Positions 37,020-46,981 are shown, numbered from the stretch's first letter. The stretch is DNA of 60,509 bases from an uncultured Nitrospinaceae bacterium (GCA_964620535.1 CAZUHN010000237.1:1-60509); one strand, 5' to 3'. The notes: a model not told the origin generated them from the sequence alone. Numbers and translations: made by a program.

Positions 37020-38309
37020 TCAATCCGCCGGCGCGTAAACCCAGAGATCCGCCATGACGGTGCAGCCTGGCGCCGGCATGGGTGCGGGGACGCGAATCGC
37101 GCCGTAGGGGATCGGATGATCCGGCAGGAACTCCTGCCAAACTTTGTGCACCGGGTAGAACTCACTCAAATCGGTGTGGAATTGGTGCGCGCGCAGGACG
37201 TTGCCGAGCGAAGTGCCGGCCGCTTGGCAGATGCATTGGGCCGCGTTGAGGATGTGGCGCATTTGACTCTGGGGACCTGCGCCGTGATAGGGCATGGCGG
37301 CCCCGACCTCGACGCCCGGTATCGGGCCGTCATCATCGGTGGCCATCAGCGCCGAAAGCAGCAGCAGGTCGCCGGCCCGAACGGCCGGCGGACCGTACGT
37401 CATGCTCGATGGAACGTCGCACAGGATAATTTCTTTCTTGACCGTTCCGGCATCCTTCACGGCCATGACGTTGATCTCGATGATGCCATCGGCCGTCCCG
37501 AATCCGGCTGTCGGAACCACGCTCAGGGCGCACGGATTTTCGCCGAACGCCGCGTTCCAGGTCTCCATGAACGGAGGAACGTCCTGGACGTTCGAGAGGT
37601 AGGCCTGGGCCTTGAGAACGTTCCCCAGGGAGGATCCCGCCGCTTCGAGGGCGGGGCCGATGAGTTCCCGCAGCATAAACTCGGTTTGCAAAATGATCTC
37701 GGTTCCGCCCCAAAGTTGTTTTTCGTGAACGTGCGCCGAGGGGTCTATCCCCGTGCTTCCTCCGTGGTGGGCCATCTGGCCCGCCATGAAGACGTAGTCC
37801 CCCGAGGTCACGGCCGGCACGAATCCCGAGGTGGGGGGTGCCTTCAGTTTCGCCCCCGAAACGCGCTGCACCTTCCGTCCGTCCCCGGGCATGACGGCGA
37901 GCATGGAGGCGTTGATTTCCGCGTCCCGGTGAAGAAGCTTGCTCATCATGACCGATGTGCTTGGTGGGATGAATTTTTTGAAAAACGCGCGCCGGGCGTA
38001 ATGATAGGGGTCGACGGGTTTCCAGGTGGGGTAGTACTGATCCAGCCGGACCGCGTGGGTGGGGTCGGTGCCCGCCTCGGCGAGCAAATCTTGGAAGCGG
38101 TGGAGGATGAAATCGCCCTCGCGGCGGCGCTTCGGGGCGCCGTGGAAAGGAAGCCCCGGTTTACCGAGGACCTCGGGCGCGAGGCCGGTTTCGAAGTTTG
38201 TGGCCTCATGGCCTGTGAGAAACACCCAGTTGCCGCCCTTCATGCCTTGTGCGTAGAAAACGTCCGTACCGGCGATTTTGACGGGAGAAAGCGGTTGCAC
38301 GCGGCTCAT
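37020..38309 (-). CDS. Three-domain RidA/YjgF/UK114-family protein (paralog)
   Basis: Same architecture as the neighbour: GGNWVFLTGH, FVPAVTSGDYVFMAGQ and PPAVRAGDLLLLSAL. 429 aa. Confidence 0.72.
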   Translation of the reverse strand: MSRVQPLSPVKIAGTDVFYAQGMKGGNWVFLTGHEATNFETGLAPEVLGKPGLPFHGAPKRRREGDFILHRFQDLLAEAGTDPTHAVRLDQYYPTWKPVDPYHYARRAFFKKFIPPSTSVMMSKLLHRDAEINASMLAVMPGDGRKVQRVSGAKLKAPPTSGFVPAVTSGDYVFMAGQMAHHGGSTGIDPSAHVHEKQLWGGTEIILQTEFMLRELIGPALEAAGSSLGNVLKAQAYLSNVQDVPPFMETWNAAFGENPCALSVVPTAGFGTADGIIEINVMAVKDAGTVKKEIILCDVPSSMTYGPPAVRAGDLLLLSALMATDDDGPIPGVEVGAAMPYHGAGPQSQMRHILNAAQCICQAAGTSLGNVLRAHQFHTDLSEFYPVHKVWQEFLPDHPIPYGAIRVPAPMPAPGCTVMADLWVYAPAD

Positions 38310-38435
38310 CAGGCACCTCCAGAAAAATTCATGCGGTGAAGTTATGAAATTGGGATGTTGTTGTCTTGAGGGGAGTATAGCAGAGGTCGGTCCCTTGTTG
38401 CCCGGCTTGCCGTGCGAATATTTCGGATCGTGTTT

Positions 38436-39377
38436 TCACTTACACGGCGCGGAGGCGGGCCCATCCTTTCCCCTTTCCTGGCATATGTAGACCCCCAGGA
38501 TGATGATTGCAGCCGTGGCGGCGAGGGGCAGCGTTATTCGCTCTCCGAGGAGGATGAGGGCGAAAATGAGGGTGAGGATCGGGATGAGGAATTGAATGGC
38601 GCTGACCCGCATCACCCCGCCCGAGTTGAGCGCCCAGTACCAGCTCCCGTAGGCCACGATAGAGGACAAAACGGCGAGATAGAGAATGGCCAGCCAGCTT
38701 ACGGCCCCCACCTCCGCCCATTGGGTTTCCTCCGCCCGCCACCACAGGACCGGCAGCAGCACGAGGGTTGCCAGCAGAATCCCCCAGAGCGTGGTGGGCC
38801 AGATATGGTAGGTCTTCGAGAGTCGCGCGCCGGAGATGTAGCTGATCGCAACGATGAGGCAGGAGAGAAGGATAACGAGATCGCCGAGGAGGCTGTGACC
38901 GCCTTCGCCGAAGCCGAGCCGGAAGAAAATTAGGAGAAACTCCCCCGTCAAGGCGAGCGACACCCCCAGCCACCATTGGGCCGAGGGGGCCGCACGGTTC
39001 AGCACCGATTCGGTGATCCCCGCAAAGATGGGGATCGTGGTGACGATGAGCGCCCCGTGGGAAGCGGAGGTGTACTTCAAGCCCACGGAAAAAAGGATGG
39101 GAAAGGCGATATAGCCGCCGAGGGCGGAAAGGGCGAGCAGCCGGAACTCCCGGGCCGTTCCGGGAGGTGAGTAGCCGCTCACCCAGACGATGGGACCGGC
39201 GAGAAGGGCCGCCAAGATGATCCGCAAGGCGCCCACCGCCACCGGGTCCACCTCCACCACGGCAATCTTGGTGACGACGGTGGAACCGCTCCAGATGATC
39301 ATGGTCAGGCACGCCGCGGCCAGTACGGCGAGGCTCTTGCGGACGGCCAGCTCCTCCGAGGGGCGCGTCTCCTTCAT
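38436..39377 (-). CDS. DMT-superfamily (EamA-like) transporter
   Basis: 313 aa with about 10 TM segments in two EamA-like halves (IIWSGSTVVTKIAV... and AISYISGARL...). Confidence 0.82.
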   Translation of the reverse strand: MKETRPSEELAVRKSLAVLAAACLTMIIWSGSTVVTKIAVVEVDPVAVGALRIILAALLAGPIVWVSGYSPPGTAREFRLLALSALGGYIAFPILFSVGLKYTSASHGALIVTTIPIFAGITESVLNRAAPSAQWWLGVSLALTGEFLLIFFRLGFGEGGHSLLGDLVILLSCLIVAISYISGARLSKTYHIWPTTLWGILLATLVLLPVLWWRAEETQWAEVGAVSWLAILYLAVLSSIVAYGSWYWALNSGGVMRVSAIQFLIPILTLIFALILLGERITLPLAATAAIIILGVYICQERGKDGPASAPCK

Positions 39378-39799
39378 TCGGCTGGCTCCGGCGCGCCTCG
39401 GGGTGTTTCGGATTTTTCCGGGATCGAGAGGGGATTCTCCGCCGGACTTTTTTGGGGGTCGGGGCGGGCCTCACCCTTCGGCTTCTTCGGCGCAAAGCGC
39501 CGCCTCCAGCCCGCTGTCTGGCGCCGGGTGATGCCGTAGAGCATGATCCCGCCGCCGGTGACGGAGATCAGAATCAGAACGAATCCCAGCGTCATCGCCC
39601 TTTGGAAAGGGGCCGGGCGCCGCCGGTCGGGCGCGCTGCTTTTTTCGCTCGCGGGGGAAGTCTGTCCCGGGCCGCCCGGCGAGGGGGCGTCCCCTTCCCC
39701 GGGTGGCTCCGCCCCGGGGAGCCAGAAAAAAGGAAGCGCCATCATGCCCGCGACGAAGAACAAGGGTAAGACGAAGCGTGCCAGATAGATGCGGAACAA
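39374..39799 (-). CDS. Hypothetical two-TM membrane protein with a Pro-rich linker
   Basis: Its stop overlaps the DMT start (ATGA). The TTG at 39799 lies 6 nt after GGGAGG. There are two hydrophobic helices. The ORF-track start at 40036 would run into the divergent gene. Confidence 0.45.
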   Translation of the reverse strand: MFRIYLARFVLPLFFVAGMMALPFFWLPGAEPPGEGDAPSPGGPGQTSPASEKSSAPDRRRPAPFQRAMTLGFVLILISVTGGGIMLYGITRRQTAGWRRRFAPKKPKGEARPDPQKSPAENPLSIPEKSETPRGAPEPAE

Positions 39800-40010
39800 G
39801 TCGAACCTCCCGCACTGAATGTAAATCGGCGGTAAGGACGGAGTCCAGCGGCGGGAGGGCCGGCCGGGCGCATTCCGGGCCGCCGGAATAAATCCGAATC
39901 TATCGCATCGGGTGGGCGTATGGCGGCAGCCTCTGGACATTCCCCGGAAAATACCTAAGACTCTGTATGAGATGGAAGGCCCTCTCCTCCGCGCCTTGAA
40001 GGACCTTTTC

Positions 40011-40787
40011 ATGAGCCGGCCCCGTATCGGAATCACCTGCGACCTCTCCGAAAAAAAAACGGCCGACGAACCCCGAAAGCGGGACCTGCATCTTCTGAAA
40101 GGCGCCTACGTCGAGTCCGTGCGCAAGGCGGGCGGAATTCCGCTACTCCTTCCCGTGCTGGATGACCGCCTGGCCGCCCTCTCCTTTCTCGACGCGGTCG
40201 ATGCGCTCATCATCTCCGGTGGGGGCCATGACATCGATCCCCGATCGTACGGTGAGAAGATTCAGCCTGGGTGCGGTCGGTTGAATCCTAAGCGTTCGGA
40301 ATTCGAAATCGCTATTTGCCGGGAAGCGCTTTCCCGTGACATGCCCCTTCTCGGGATCTGCGGCGGGATCCAGGTGCTCAACGTCGCCGCGGGTGGCACC
40401 CTCATCCAGGACACCGGCTCCGAGGTGAAGGATTCTTTTCCGCACCGTCCCTCGGACGAGGAAACCTCCTATACTTTTCACGAGATCGAGGTTTTTCCCT
40501 CGTGTCTTGAGGAAACGATCGGCGCGGGGCCTCACATCGTGAACAGCTCCCACCACCAAGCGGTGAGAGAACTTGCTTCCGGCTTCTGCCTCACCGCCAG
40601 GAGCGCGGACGGGGTCGTCGAGGCCATCGAGTCGAACTCCCACTGCTTCGCCCTCGGCGTTCAATGGCATCCGGAGGCCATGTCCACCTACGGGCTCGGC
40701 CACGCCGTCACCGCGGAGCACCTCCTCGCCCGCCTCGTCGATGAAGCGAGGGACCACGCCCAGGATCCCGCGGGGCGAATGACGTAA
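40011..40787 (+). CDS. Class I glutamine amidotransferase, gamma-glutamyl-GABA hydrolase (PuuD/peptidase C26)-like
   Basis: MSRPRIGITCD, LLGICGGIQVLNVAAGGTL (nucleophile Cys), HHQAV and GVQWHPE are characteristic of C26/GATase1. Confidence 0.85.
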   Translation: MSRPRIGITCDLSEKKTADEPRKRDLHLLKGAYVESVRKAGGIPLLLPVLDDRLAALSFLDAVDALIISGGGHDIDPRSYGEKIQPGCGRLNPKRSEFEIAICREALSRDMPLLGICGGIQVLNVAAGGTLIQDTGSEVKDSFPHRPSDEETSYTFHEIEVFPSCLEETIGAGPHIVNSSHHQAVRELASGFCLTARSADGVVEAIESNSHCFALGVQWHPEAMSTYGLGHAVTAEHLLARLVDEARDHAQDPAGRMT

Positions 40788-40903
40788 CCGTCTCCCCAGC
40801 GGGTTCGGCCGCGGAACTTCTCCAGACAAATCAATCCAGATGATGGCCGCTCTTTTCCGCCCGCGGTTCGCTGTTCCGCCTTTTCGATCGGGGGAAATCG
40901 ATT

Positions 40904-41974
40904 TTGAGGATTGGGATCATCGGTCTTCCCGCAAGCGGCAAGACGACGCTCTTCAACGCGCTGACGGATGGGGCGGCGCGCACCGGCGGCTACGGAGGAG
41001 CGGAGGCCCACGTGGGGGTGGCCAAGATAGATGATCCGCGCGTGGACGCGCTGGCGGAGATTTTCCGGCCGAAGAAGACCATTCATGCCACCGTGGAATT
41101 TGCCGACGTGCCAGGCTTGGGAGAATCCGCTGAGGGCCTCGCCGGTGAGGCGGTCATCCCCCCGCCGCTTCTTGTGGCGGACGCGCTCCTCCTCGTCCTC
41201 CGCGCGTTTGAAGCGCCCGGCATTCCCCATTCCCGCCAGAGCGTGGACCCGGCGCGGGACCTGGAAGATGCCCGGCTGGACCTCGTTCTTCGTGACCTTG
41301 CCGTTACCGAGCGAAGGGTTGAGCGGCTCGAGCGGTTGGTGGCGTTGAAGAAAAACACCGAGGAGGTGGCCGAGTTCAAACTTCTCAAAGTGGTTCAAGG
41401 CGCCTTGGAGGAAGGGCGCCCAGTCCGGGATCTCGATCTGTCCTCGGAGGAAGATGGGCGTCTTCGCGGCTTCGGCTTTCTCTCCGTCAAGCCGCTTCTC
41501 GTCGTGGTGAACGCGGGAGAGGAACGCGTCGGTGAAGTGTGCACAGCCTTCGGCCTTCCCTCCGCGGAGAGCGATACGGCTTCTGTCCTTTGCGCCAAGC
41601 TGGAAGAAGAGATCGTCGGGCTTCCCGAAGAGGATCGGGCGGATTATTTGGTCGGCTACGGCCTGGAGCGCCCGGCCGCCGATCGCGTGGCAAAGGCCTC
41701 TTTCGCGCTATTGGACCTTCGATGTTTCTTCACCACAGGGGAGGATGAGGTTCGGGCTTGGCCTGTCCGCGCGGGTACGGCCGCCCTGAAGGCGGCCGGG
41801 ACGGTTCATTCCGACATGGAGCGGGGTTTCATCCGGGCGGAGGTGATCTCCTGCGAGGAATTCATGGCGGCTGGCTCAATGGCGGAGGCCCGAAAACGAG
41901 GCACCCTTCGGTTGGAGGGAAAAAGTTATGAGATCCAAGACGGCGACATTTTTCGCGTCCGGTTCAACGTTTGA
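40904..41974 (+). CDS. ychF: Redox-regulated ATPase YchF (Obg-like)
   Basis: MRIGIIGLPASGKTTLFNALT (P-loop), a TGS-like C-terminus RAWPVRAGTAALKAAGTVHSDMERGFIRAEV, and the ending IFRVRFNV. Confidence 0.9.
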   Translation: MRIGIIGLPASGKTTLFNALTDGAARTGGYGGAEAHVGVAKIDDPRVDALAEIFRPKKTIHATVEFADVPGLGESAEGLAGEAVIPPPLLVADALLLVLRAFEAPGIPHSRQSVDPARDLEDARLDLVLRDLAVTERRVERLERLVALKKNTEEVAEFKLLKVVQGALEEGRPVRDLDLSSEEDGRLRGFGFLSVKPLLVVVNAGEERVGEVCTAFGLPSAESDTASVLCAKLEEEIVGLPEEDRADYLVGYGLERPAADRVAKASFALLDLRCFFTTGEDEVRAWPVRAGTAALKAAGTVHSDMERGFIRAEVISCEEFMAAGSMAEARKRGTLRLEGKSYEIQDGDIFRVRFNV

Positions 41975-42393
41975 TCCGCACCCCGGGCGCGCGAAGAAAG
42001 CGAGCGGGAAGACGCTTTGCCGGTTTTGCTTAAAATTTTCAGCAGCTTGTAGGCCCGATCGACGAGTTGGGGAAGATTGAAGGGTTTGATCACGAAATCC
42101 TTGGCTCCGACTTCGACGCACCCTTTTGCGAGCTCGGACTTAACTTTGGTGCTGAGGATGATAATCGGCGGCAGGGTCACTTCCATTTCCTTCAGCTTAG
42201 TGAGCACGTCGCTAGTCGACTTGACAGGCATCGAGTTGTCGAGGACTGCCAGATCAAACTGATTTTGTTGAAGGTGGGCGAGCGCCTCGTTCCCGTCGGG
42301 CGCGTTGACCACATCATGACCGTCCCGGATGAAGGACTGTTCGAGGAGTCCGCGCGTGGTGTCATCCTTATCCGCTACAATAATTTTCGACAC
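41926..42393 (-). CDS. Stand-alone response-regulator receiver (CheY-like)
   Basis: IIVADKDD, FDLAVLDNSMP (phospho-acceptor Asp) and DFVIKPF (conserved Lys). Its 3' tail overlaps the ychF 3' end by 49 nt. Confidence 0.8.
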   Translation of the reverse strand: MSKIIVADKDDTTRGLLEQSFIRDGHDVVNAPDGNEALAHLQQNQFDLAVLDNSMPVKSTSDVLTKLKEMEVTLPPIIILSTKVKSELAKGCVEVGAKDFVIKPFNLPQLVDRAYKLLKILSKTGKASSRSLSSRARGADQTLNRTRKMSPSWIS

Positions 42394-42632
42394 CGGGGCG
42401 GCCTCACTGCTTTCCCCCCCTTAGAGTGAACGAGCGTAACGACGATTGGAGGAACACACGTTGATTCGCGCAACTAAAGTCTTTGTAGCCGGGACAAATT
42501 AAAAACAGATTCCTTTTCATTTCGCGACAGTTCCTGAATTCTAGCGGGAAAACGATAAAAGAAGGAACCCATTTCTTGTAAATTTGAAATTCGGGCCCGC
42601 AAATCCCGGAGACCGTCCTTTCACTTGCAAAG

Positions 42633-43793
42633 TTACCTTTCATCGCCGGCCGGCTGGCTTTCCGCCAGTCTCGATACTTTCTCCCGCAGGGTCCTGTGGC
42701 TGCCGCACCCCACAAGGGTTTTTCTTCGATTCTGAACCCGGGCGAGGTGGTCCTTTCCCAAAAAGTTCCGGGCCGGTTCAGCGAATTCGGCTTTCGCGGC
42801 AAGGATTCGCCCCAGAGATTGCTTTTCGGCCCCGGGAGATAGGATTTTGCCCCGGGCGGCCTGGGCGATGCGGGTCCAAGCGCGCTCCCCGACCTCCTCG
42901 CTGTGGCAGATGAGGACGATGTCCGCCCCGGCCAAAACTCCCGAAAGGGCCCCCTCGACCGGGTCTACGATCGCCCCCATGTCCAAGTCGTCTGTGATGG
43001 CGAGTCCCCGGTGGCCCAGCTCCTCACGGAGCAAATCGCGGGAAAACTTGGAGGAAAGGCTGGCCGGGCGTTCGGGGTCGATCTTCGAAAATACGGCGTG
43101 CGCAGTCATGATCCCGGCGGATACGCCGTCCGGCGGGCTCGGGTTAACCGCCTGTCGGAAGGGTGTGAACTCCCGCGTTATAAGGGTTTCCAGGGTGAGA
43201 TCGCTCACGGGCAGGGTTTCGTGCGGATCGGGCGCCATGTCTCCGATGCCGGGAAAGTGTTTGGCCACGGCAGCCACCCCCCCGGCCTGGAGCCCGGCAA
43301 TGGCGGCGGCGCCCATCCCGCCGACAAACGCGGGGTCCTTCCCGTAAGCGCGGTCCCCGATGACGGTACAATTCGGGTTGGTCAGCAGATCGAGGACGGG
43401 CGCCATGTTCATGTTGATGCCCACGCAACGAAGCTCCACGCCGGTGACGCGGGCGGCTTCCCGGACCAGGTCTCGGTCCCCGATTCGGCCGAGGGCGGCG
43501 GCCGGGGGAAACTGCGTGAAATCATCGGAGAGCCGGCCCACGCCCCCCCCCTCTTCGTCGATTGCTATTAGAAGGGGAACCCCCCTCGGGGATTGGGCGG
43601 CGGCGCGCTGGAGCGAATGGGTGAGAAGGAGGGTTTGTTCCGCGTTCTCGATATTTCTTTCAAAGAGGATGACGCCGCCCACCCTTCCCTCGTGGATCCG
43701 CTCCAGCGTCGAGAGAGAGGCCGAGGTTCCGGAAAAGCCCACCATGAGGTGCTGTCCGACGATTTCCTCCGGCGTCCAATCGTTCAGGGTCAT
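42633..43793 (-). CDS. nagZ: Beta-N-acetylhexosaminidase NagZ (GH3)
   Basis: GQHLMVGFSG, IDEEGGGVGRL, KHFPGIGD and AITDDLDMGA are GH3/NagZ motifs. I chose the ATG at 43793 (MTLNDW). Confidence 0.88.
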   Translation of the reverse strand: MTLNDWTPEEIVGQHLMVGFSGTSASLSTLERIHEGRVGGVILFERNIENAEQTLLLTHSLQRAAAQSPRGVPLLIAIDEEGGGVGRLSDDFTQFPPAAALGRIGDRDLVREAARVTGVELRCVGINMNMAPVLDLLTNPNCTVIGDRAYGKDPAFVGGMGAAAIAGLQAGGVAAVAKHFPGIGDMAPDPHETLPVSDLTLETLITREFTPFRQAVNPSPPDGVSAGIMTAHAVFSKIDPERPASLSSKFSRDLLREELGHRGLAITDDLDMGAIVDPVEGALSGVLAGADIVLICHSEEVGERAWTRIAQAARGKILSPGAEKQSLGRILAAKAEFAEPARNFLGKDHLARVQNRRKTLVGCGSHRTLREKVSRLAESQPAGDER

Positions 43794-43818
43794 TGGTTTC
43801 GCCCGCGGGGGGAGGCGT

Positions 43819-44508
43819 TCAACGCATGCGCGTAATGGTGAAGGCTTCCGCCATCGGAAGGCTGACCATCCGGCCGAAGTTGCGGGCTCGATCGCGGACC
43901 CGCTTTTCGGTCCCGGACGGGTTGGTGATCTGGCTTTTGTGCTTTTTGATGGCGGCCATTTTTTTGTTGAAAGTGTACGAGATGTCAACGAAGAAGTTGG
44001 GTTCGAGGCTTTGGCCGTAAAGCAATGTGTTCGTGTGGTGGGTTTTGATGCCGGCATGGGTCAGCTCGGGCAGGAAATGATGGTCTCGAGCGTAGACGAT
44101 GCCCTTGAATGTCGCGTGGCCGACGGCCCGGTGATCGGGGTGTTGGTAGTAGGGGCGGTGGGGGTCGTGGGTAACGATAGTATCGGGCTTGTAGTGGCGG
44201 ATGAGAAAGGCGAGCTGATTGCGGAACGCCCGGTTGTCCTCGAGTTCACCGTCGCGGTGGCGGAGCAAGATAGTTTCCTTCACGCCGAGGTACTTGGAGG
44301 CGGCGAGCTGTTCGGCCTCGCGGAGGCCGGCGAGTTGATATGGCGAGAGGTGGTACTTCTTTGTTCCCTTGTCCCCGTTGGTGCAGAGCACGGTTCGCAC
44401 TAGGGCGCCTTTTCCCACCCAGCAGGCGATGCTCCCGCCCGCCCCGAGCTCTGCGTCATCCGGATGGGCGATGATGACCATGATGTTTTGGAATTCCGCG
44501 GGATTCAA
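43819..44508 (-). CDS. PIG-L/LmbE-family N-acetylglucosaminide deacetylase (MshB/BshB-like)
   Basis: VIIAHPDDAELGAGG and HPDHRAVG are the Zn-binding motifs. The TTG at 44508 overlaps the upstream TGA (TTGA); the ATG at 44484 is an alternative start. Confidence 0.85.
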   Translation of the reverse strand: MNPAEFQNIMVIIAHPDDAELGAGGSIACWVGKGALVRTVLCTNGDKGTKKYHLSPYQLAGLREAEQLAASKYLGVKETILLRHRDGELEDNRAFRNQLAFLIRHYKPDTIVTHDPHRPYYQHPDHRAVGHATFKGIVYARDHHFLPELTHAGIKTHHTNTLLYGQSLEPNFFVDISYTFNKKMAAIKKHKSQITNPSGTEKRVRDRARNFGRMVSLPMAEAFTITRMR

Positions 44509-45896
44509 ATGCCGCTTCCTCCCACGCAGGCAAGAGTCTCGGCGGCGGGGTGCTCCTCGTTGGGAGAGAATCCGGCGTTCAGGAACACGGGCGGGGGGGC
44601 GCTCCGCTGGGGTATCAGGCGCTTCCAGATGGCGAGCTCGCGGGCGGCGACGGCGGCCCACGGGAAGGCCCGGGCGCGCTCGCGGGCTTGTTGCCCCACG
44701 CGCTTGCGCGCGCCCGACGCCTCGAGCATCCAGAGGAGCGCCTCAGTGAAGGCGCCGATGTTCCCGTCGGGAACCAGCTGGCCGCTCACGCCCGTCTCGA
44801 TGGAGTGGGAGAGCCCGCCCACGTCGAAGGCAACCGCGGGAAGGCCGCACGCAGCCGACTCGAGGGCGACCAGGCCGAAGGTCTCATAGCGGGAGGGGAT
44901 GGCCAGGGCGTCGGCCGCCGAGTAATAACGGGGAAGTTCCTCTTGGAGTTTGGCGCCCACGAAGGCGAACTCGCTCACCCCCTTCTCTTGCGCCATGCGC
45001 AGGATGCGCCGTACCTCGGCCCGCTGGAGGGATGAGGTGAAAGCCTCGGGACCGAGGCCGGCCGAGGGGGGGCGCCCGTTTCCGTTGCGCACCGCGCCCC
45101 CGACGTGGATCGCCCGGAGGGGAAGGCCCGGCCGGAGCGCCTTGAGGTGGGCGATGACCTCGATGAGGCGGTCGAGCCCCTTCACCGGCTCGACCCTTCC
45201 CACCGAGAGGATGAGGATATCTTCTTTTTTCACCCCCAGCGCGGCGCGGGCGGCCTCCCTCGGAACGGACGCGAAACGCTCCAGGTCGACCCCGCAGGGC
45301 ACGACGTGGATGCGGCTTTCCTCCGCTTCGAGATCGCCGCGCAGCATCTCGGCCTCGGCGGCGGAGGAGGCGAACAGCGCCTCCGCCTTCTGGGCGAGTC
45401 CGCCTTCGGCGAAGATCCGGCTGCTGGACTCGTGTCCGTTCAGGGAGGGGAGAGATCGGTTTTTCTGCAGGCCCAGGGTGTGGAAGCGGATGGCGAGCGG
45501 AACGCCCCATCTGCGGGCCAGGAGCGAGCCCGCGACCCCGGAGAGCCAATAGTGGGCCGATATAATGTTGTAGCGCGTCCCTTGCCGGGCGGCGAAGGCT
45601 TCGATTCCCTCGGCGAAGGGGCCGGTCAAGGGGAAGAGGTCGTCTTTGTGGAGGTCCCGGCGGGGACCCGCCGGTATCTGGGCCATGCGCGCCCCCGGGG
45701 CGATCTCCATCAGGTCCGGCGCACCCTCCTCGCTCATGCGGGTGAACACGTCTACCCGAGCGCCCTGCCGGGAAAAGGCCCGGGCAAGCTCGCGGACGTA
45801 GACGTTCATCCCCCCCGCCACGTCCCCTCCGAGGGGGGCGAGCGGGTCGGTGTGCATCGAGAGGAGGGCGGCATGGAAGGCCGTATCAGATTTCAT
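44505..45896 (-). CDS. GT4 glycosyltransferase, MshA-like
   Basis: The N-terminus LLSMHTDPLAPLGGDVAGGMNVYVRELARAFSRQGARVDVFTR closely resembles the MshA signature (S-HTSPL--PG-GD-GGMNVY). The C-terminal half has ETFGLVALESAACGLPAVA (the GT4 EX7E region). Confidence 0.85.
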   Translation of the reverse strand: MKSDTAFHAALLSMHTDPLAPLGGDVAGGMNVYVRELARAFSRQGARVDVFTRMSEEGAPDLMEIAPGARMAQIPAGPRRDLHKDDLFPLTGPFAEGIEAFAARQGTRYNIISAHYWLSGVAGSLLARRWGVPLAIRFHTLGLQKNRSLPSLNGHESSSRIFAEGGLAQKAEALFASSAAEAEMLRGDLEAEESRIHVVPCGVDLERFASVPREAARAALGVKKEDILILSVGRVEPVKGLDRLIEVIAHLKALRPGLPLRAIHVGGAVRNGNGRPPSAGLGPEAFTSSLQRAEVRRILRMAQEKGVSEFAFVGAKLQEELPRYYSAADALAIPSRYETFGLVALESAACGLPAVAFDVGGLSHSIETGVSGQLVPDGNIGAFTEALLWMLEASGARKRVGQQARERARAFPWAAVAARELAIWKRLIPQRSAPPPVFLNAGFSPNEEHPAAETLACVGGSGI

Positions 45897-46981
45897 CCCT
45901 CCTCCCGCTTCAGCCGGACCCGCATGATGAACTCGTTTTCCGCTCCGTAGCGGTACTTGTATTTTTCGTCCCCGCGGAGCATGTCGAAGGCCTTCCGGCC
46001 CCTCTGGATGGCTTCCTCGAGGTTCTGGACGATGAGGACGAGTCCGCCGCTGAGCGCGCGCTCTCCCGGGTCGAACCCCGAGTTGTACAGGTAGATTCTG
46101 TCATCGAAATCGAAGGAGAAGTTGACGGCGACGGGGTGATCGTCCACCCGCATGATGGTCAGATCTAGCCAGCCAAGCTTGAGCATCCCGCGCGCCATCT
46201 CCCGGAAGAATCCGCGGCGCCCTTCGTTCCAGAAATCCGCCTTATCCGGATGGCTGAGAGCGTGGAGATGAAAGAAAACCTCGATGTCCTCTTCGAGTTG
46301 GGCGGGGGTAAGGGTGCGATGAAACTCCAGGCCGGGCTCCATGCGCGCCTTGCGCACCTTCCGCCGCATCTCGCGCTCATTGCGGGGGGAGAGCGTGCCG
46401 AGATATTCTTCCACCGAATCAGGAAGGGAGACCACCGGGCACACCTCCTCCCGCGCGACCTCCACTCTTCCTCGGGCAGGACCACTCGCTTCCGAGAGGA
46501 CTCGGACGGTGGGGGAATCTTCCGGGACGCAGTGCAGATCGAGCGCCCGCCAATCGGGCGCTCCGGGCCCTTCCAGGTGGGCGAGCAGCGCCCGCCAGGC
46601 GGCGGGATGGTTGCCTTCGGCGGCGACGATATCGAGATAGTCGGTCACATCCTCCCCCCCGGTGAAGCGGAGCGTGCCGTCTCCGCCGAGGGTCCAAGGA
46701 GCTACGGCGAGAAGGGAGCTGTCTTCCCGGCGCACGGCGCAGATATAGAGGGTGCCCGTTCCGAGGTGGGACCACCAAGCGTGATGCCAGGCGGGATCGA
46801 AAAAGGGATGCCGGGGCGAGGCGTTCTCGAGAAGGGCGTGCCACTCCGGGGCCAGTTGAAGGATGTCCCCGGGCCCCTTGTGAACAGTGACGAGGAGGCC
46901 TCCTTCCACCGGTTCACCCTCCGGGGTGTCGGCTTGTTGGACGGAGGCGGGATTCGGGGCGGGAAGACAGCTTAATTTCAT
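45893..46981 (-). CDS. CelD/FemAB-like GNAT-fold acyltransferase (Acetyltransf_6 type)
   Basis: The C-terminal FDMLRGDEKYKYRYGA and YLYNSGFDP are typical of the CelD/BioF2-like GNAT family. The ATG at 46981 follows GAGGAG. Confidence 0.75.
   Translation of the reverse strand: MKLSCLPAPNPASVQQADTPEGEPVEGGLLVTVHKGPGDILQLAPEWHALLENASPRHPFFDPAWHHAWWSHLGTGTLYICAVRREDSSLLAVAPWTLGGDGTLRFTGGEDVTDYLDIVAAEGNHPAAWRALLAHLEGPGAPDWRALDLHCVPEDSPTVRVLSEASGPARGRVEVAREEVCPVVSLPDSVEEYLGTLSPRNEREMRRKVRKARMEPGLEFHRTLTPAQLEEDIEVFFHLHALSHPDKADFWNEGRRGFFREMARGMLKLGWLDLTIMRVDDHPVAVNFSFDFDDRIYLYNSGFDPGERALSGGLVLIVQNLEEAIQRGRKAFDMLRGDEKYKYRYGAENEFIMRVRLKREEG

Noticed and set aside
35792-39495. Long opposite-strand or alternative-frame ORFs (35792..36889, 37116..38339, 38440..39495) over the RidA and DMT genes
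   Set aside because: Shadow ORFs of GC-rich coding regions. The annotated frames carry the family motifs.
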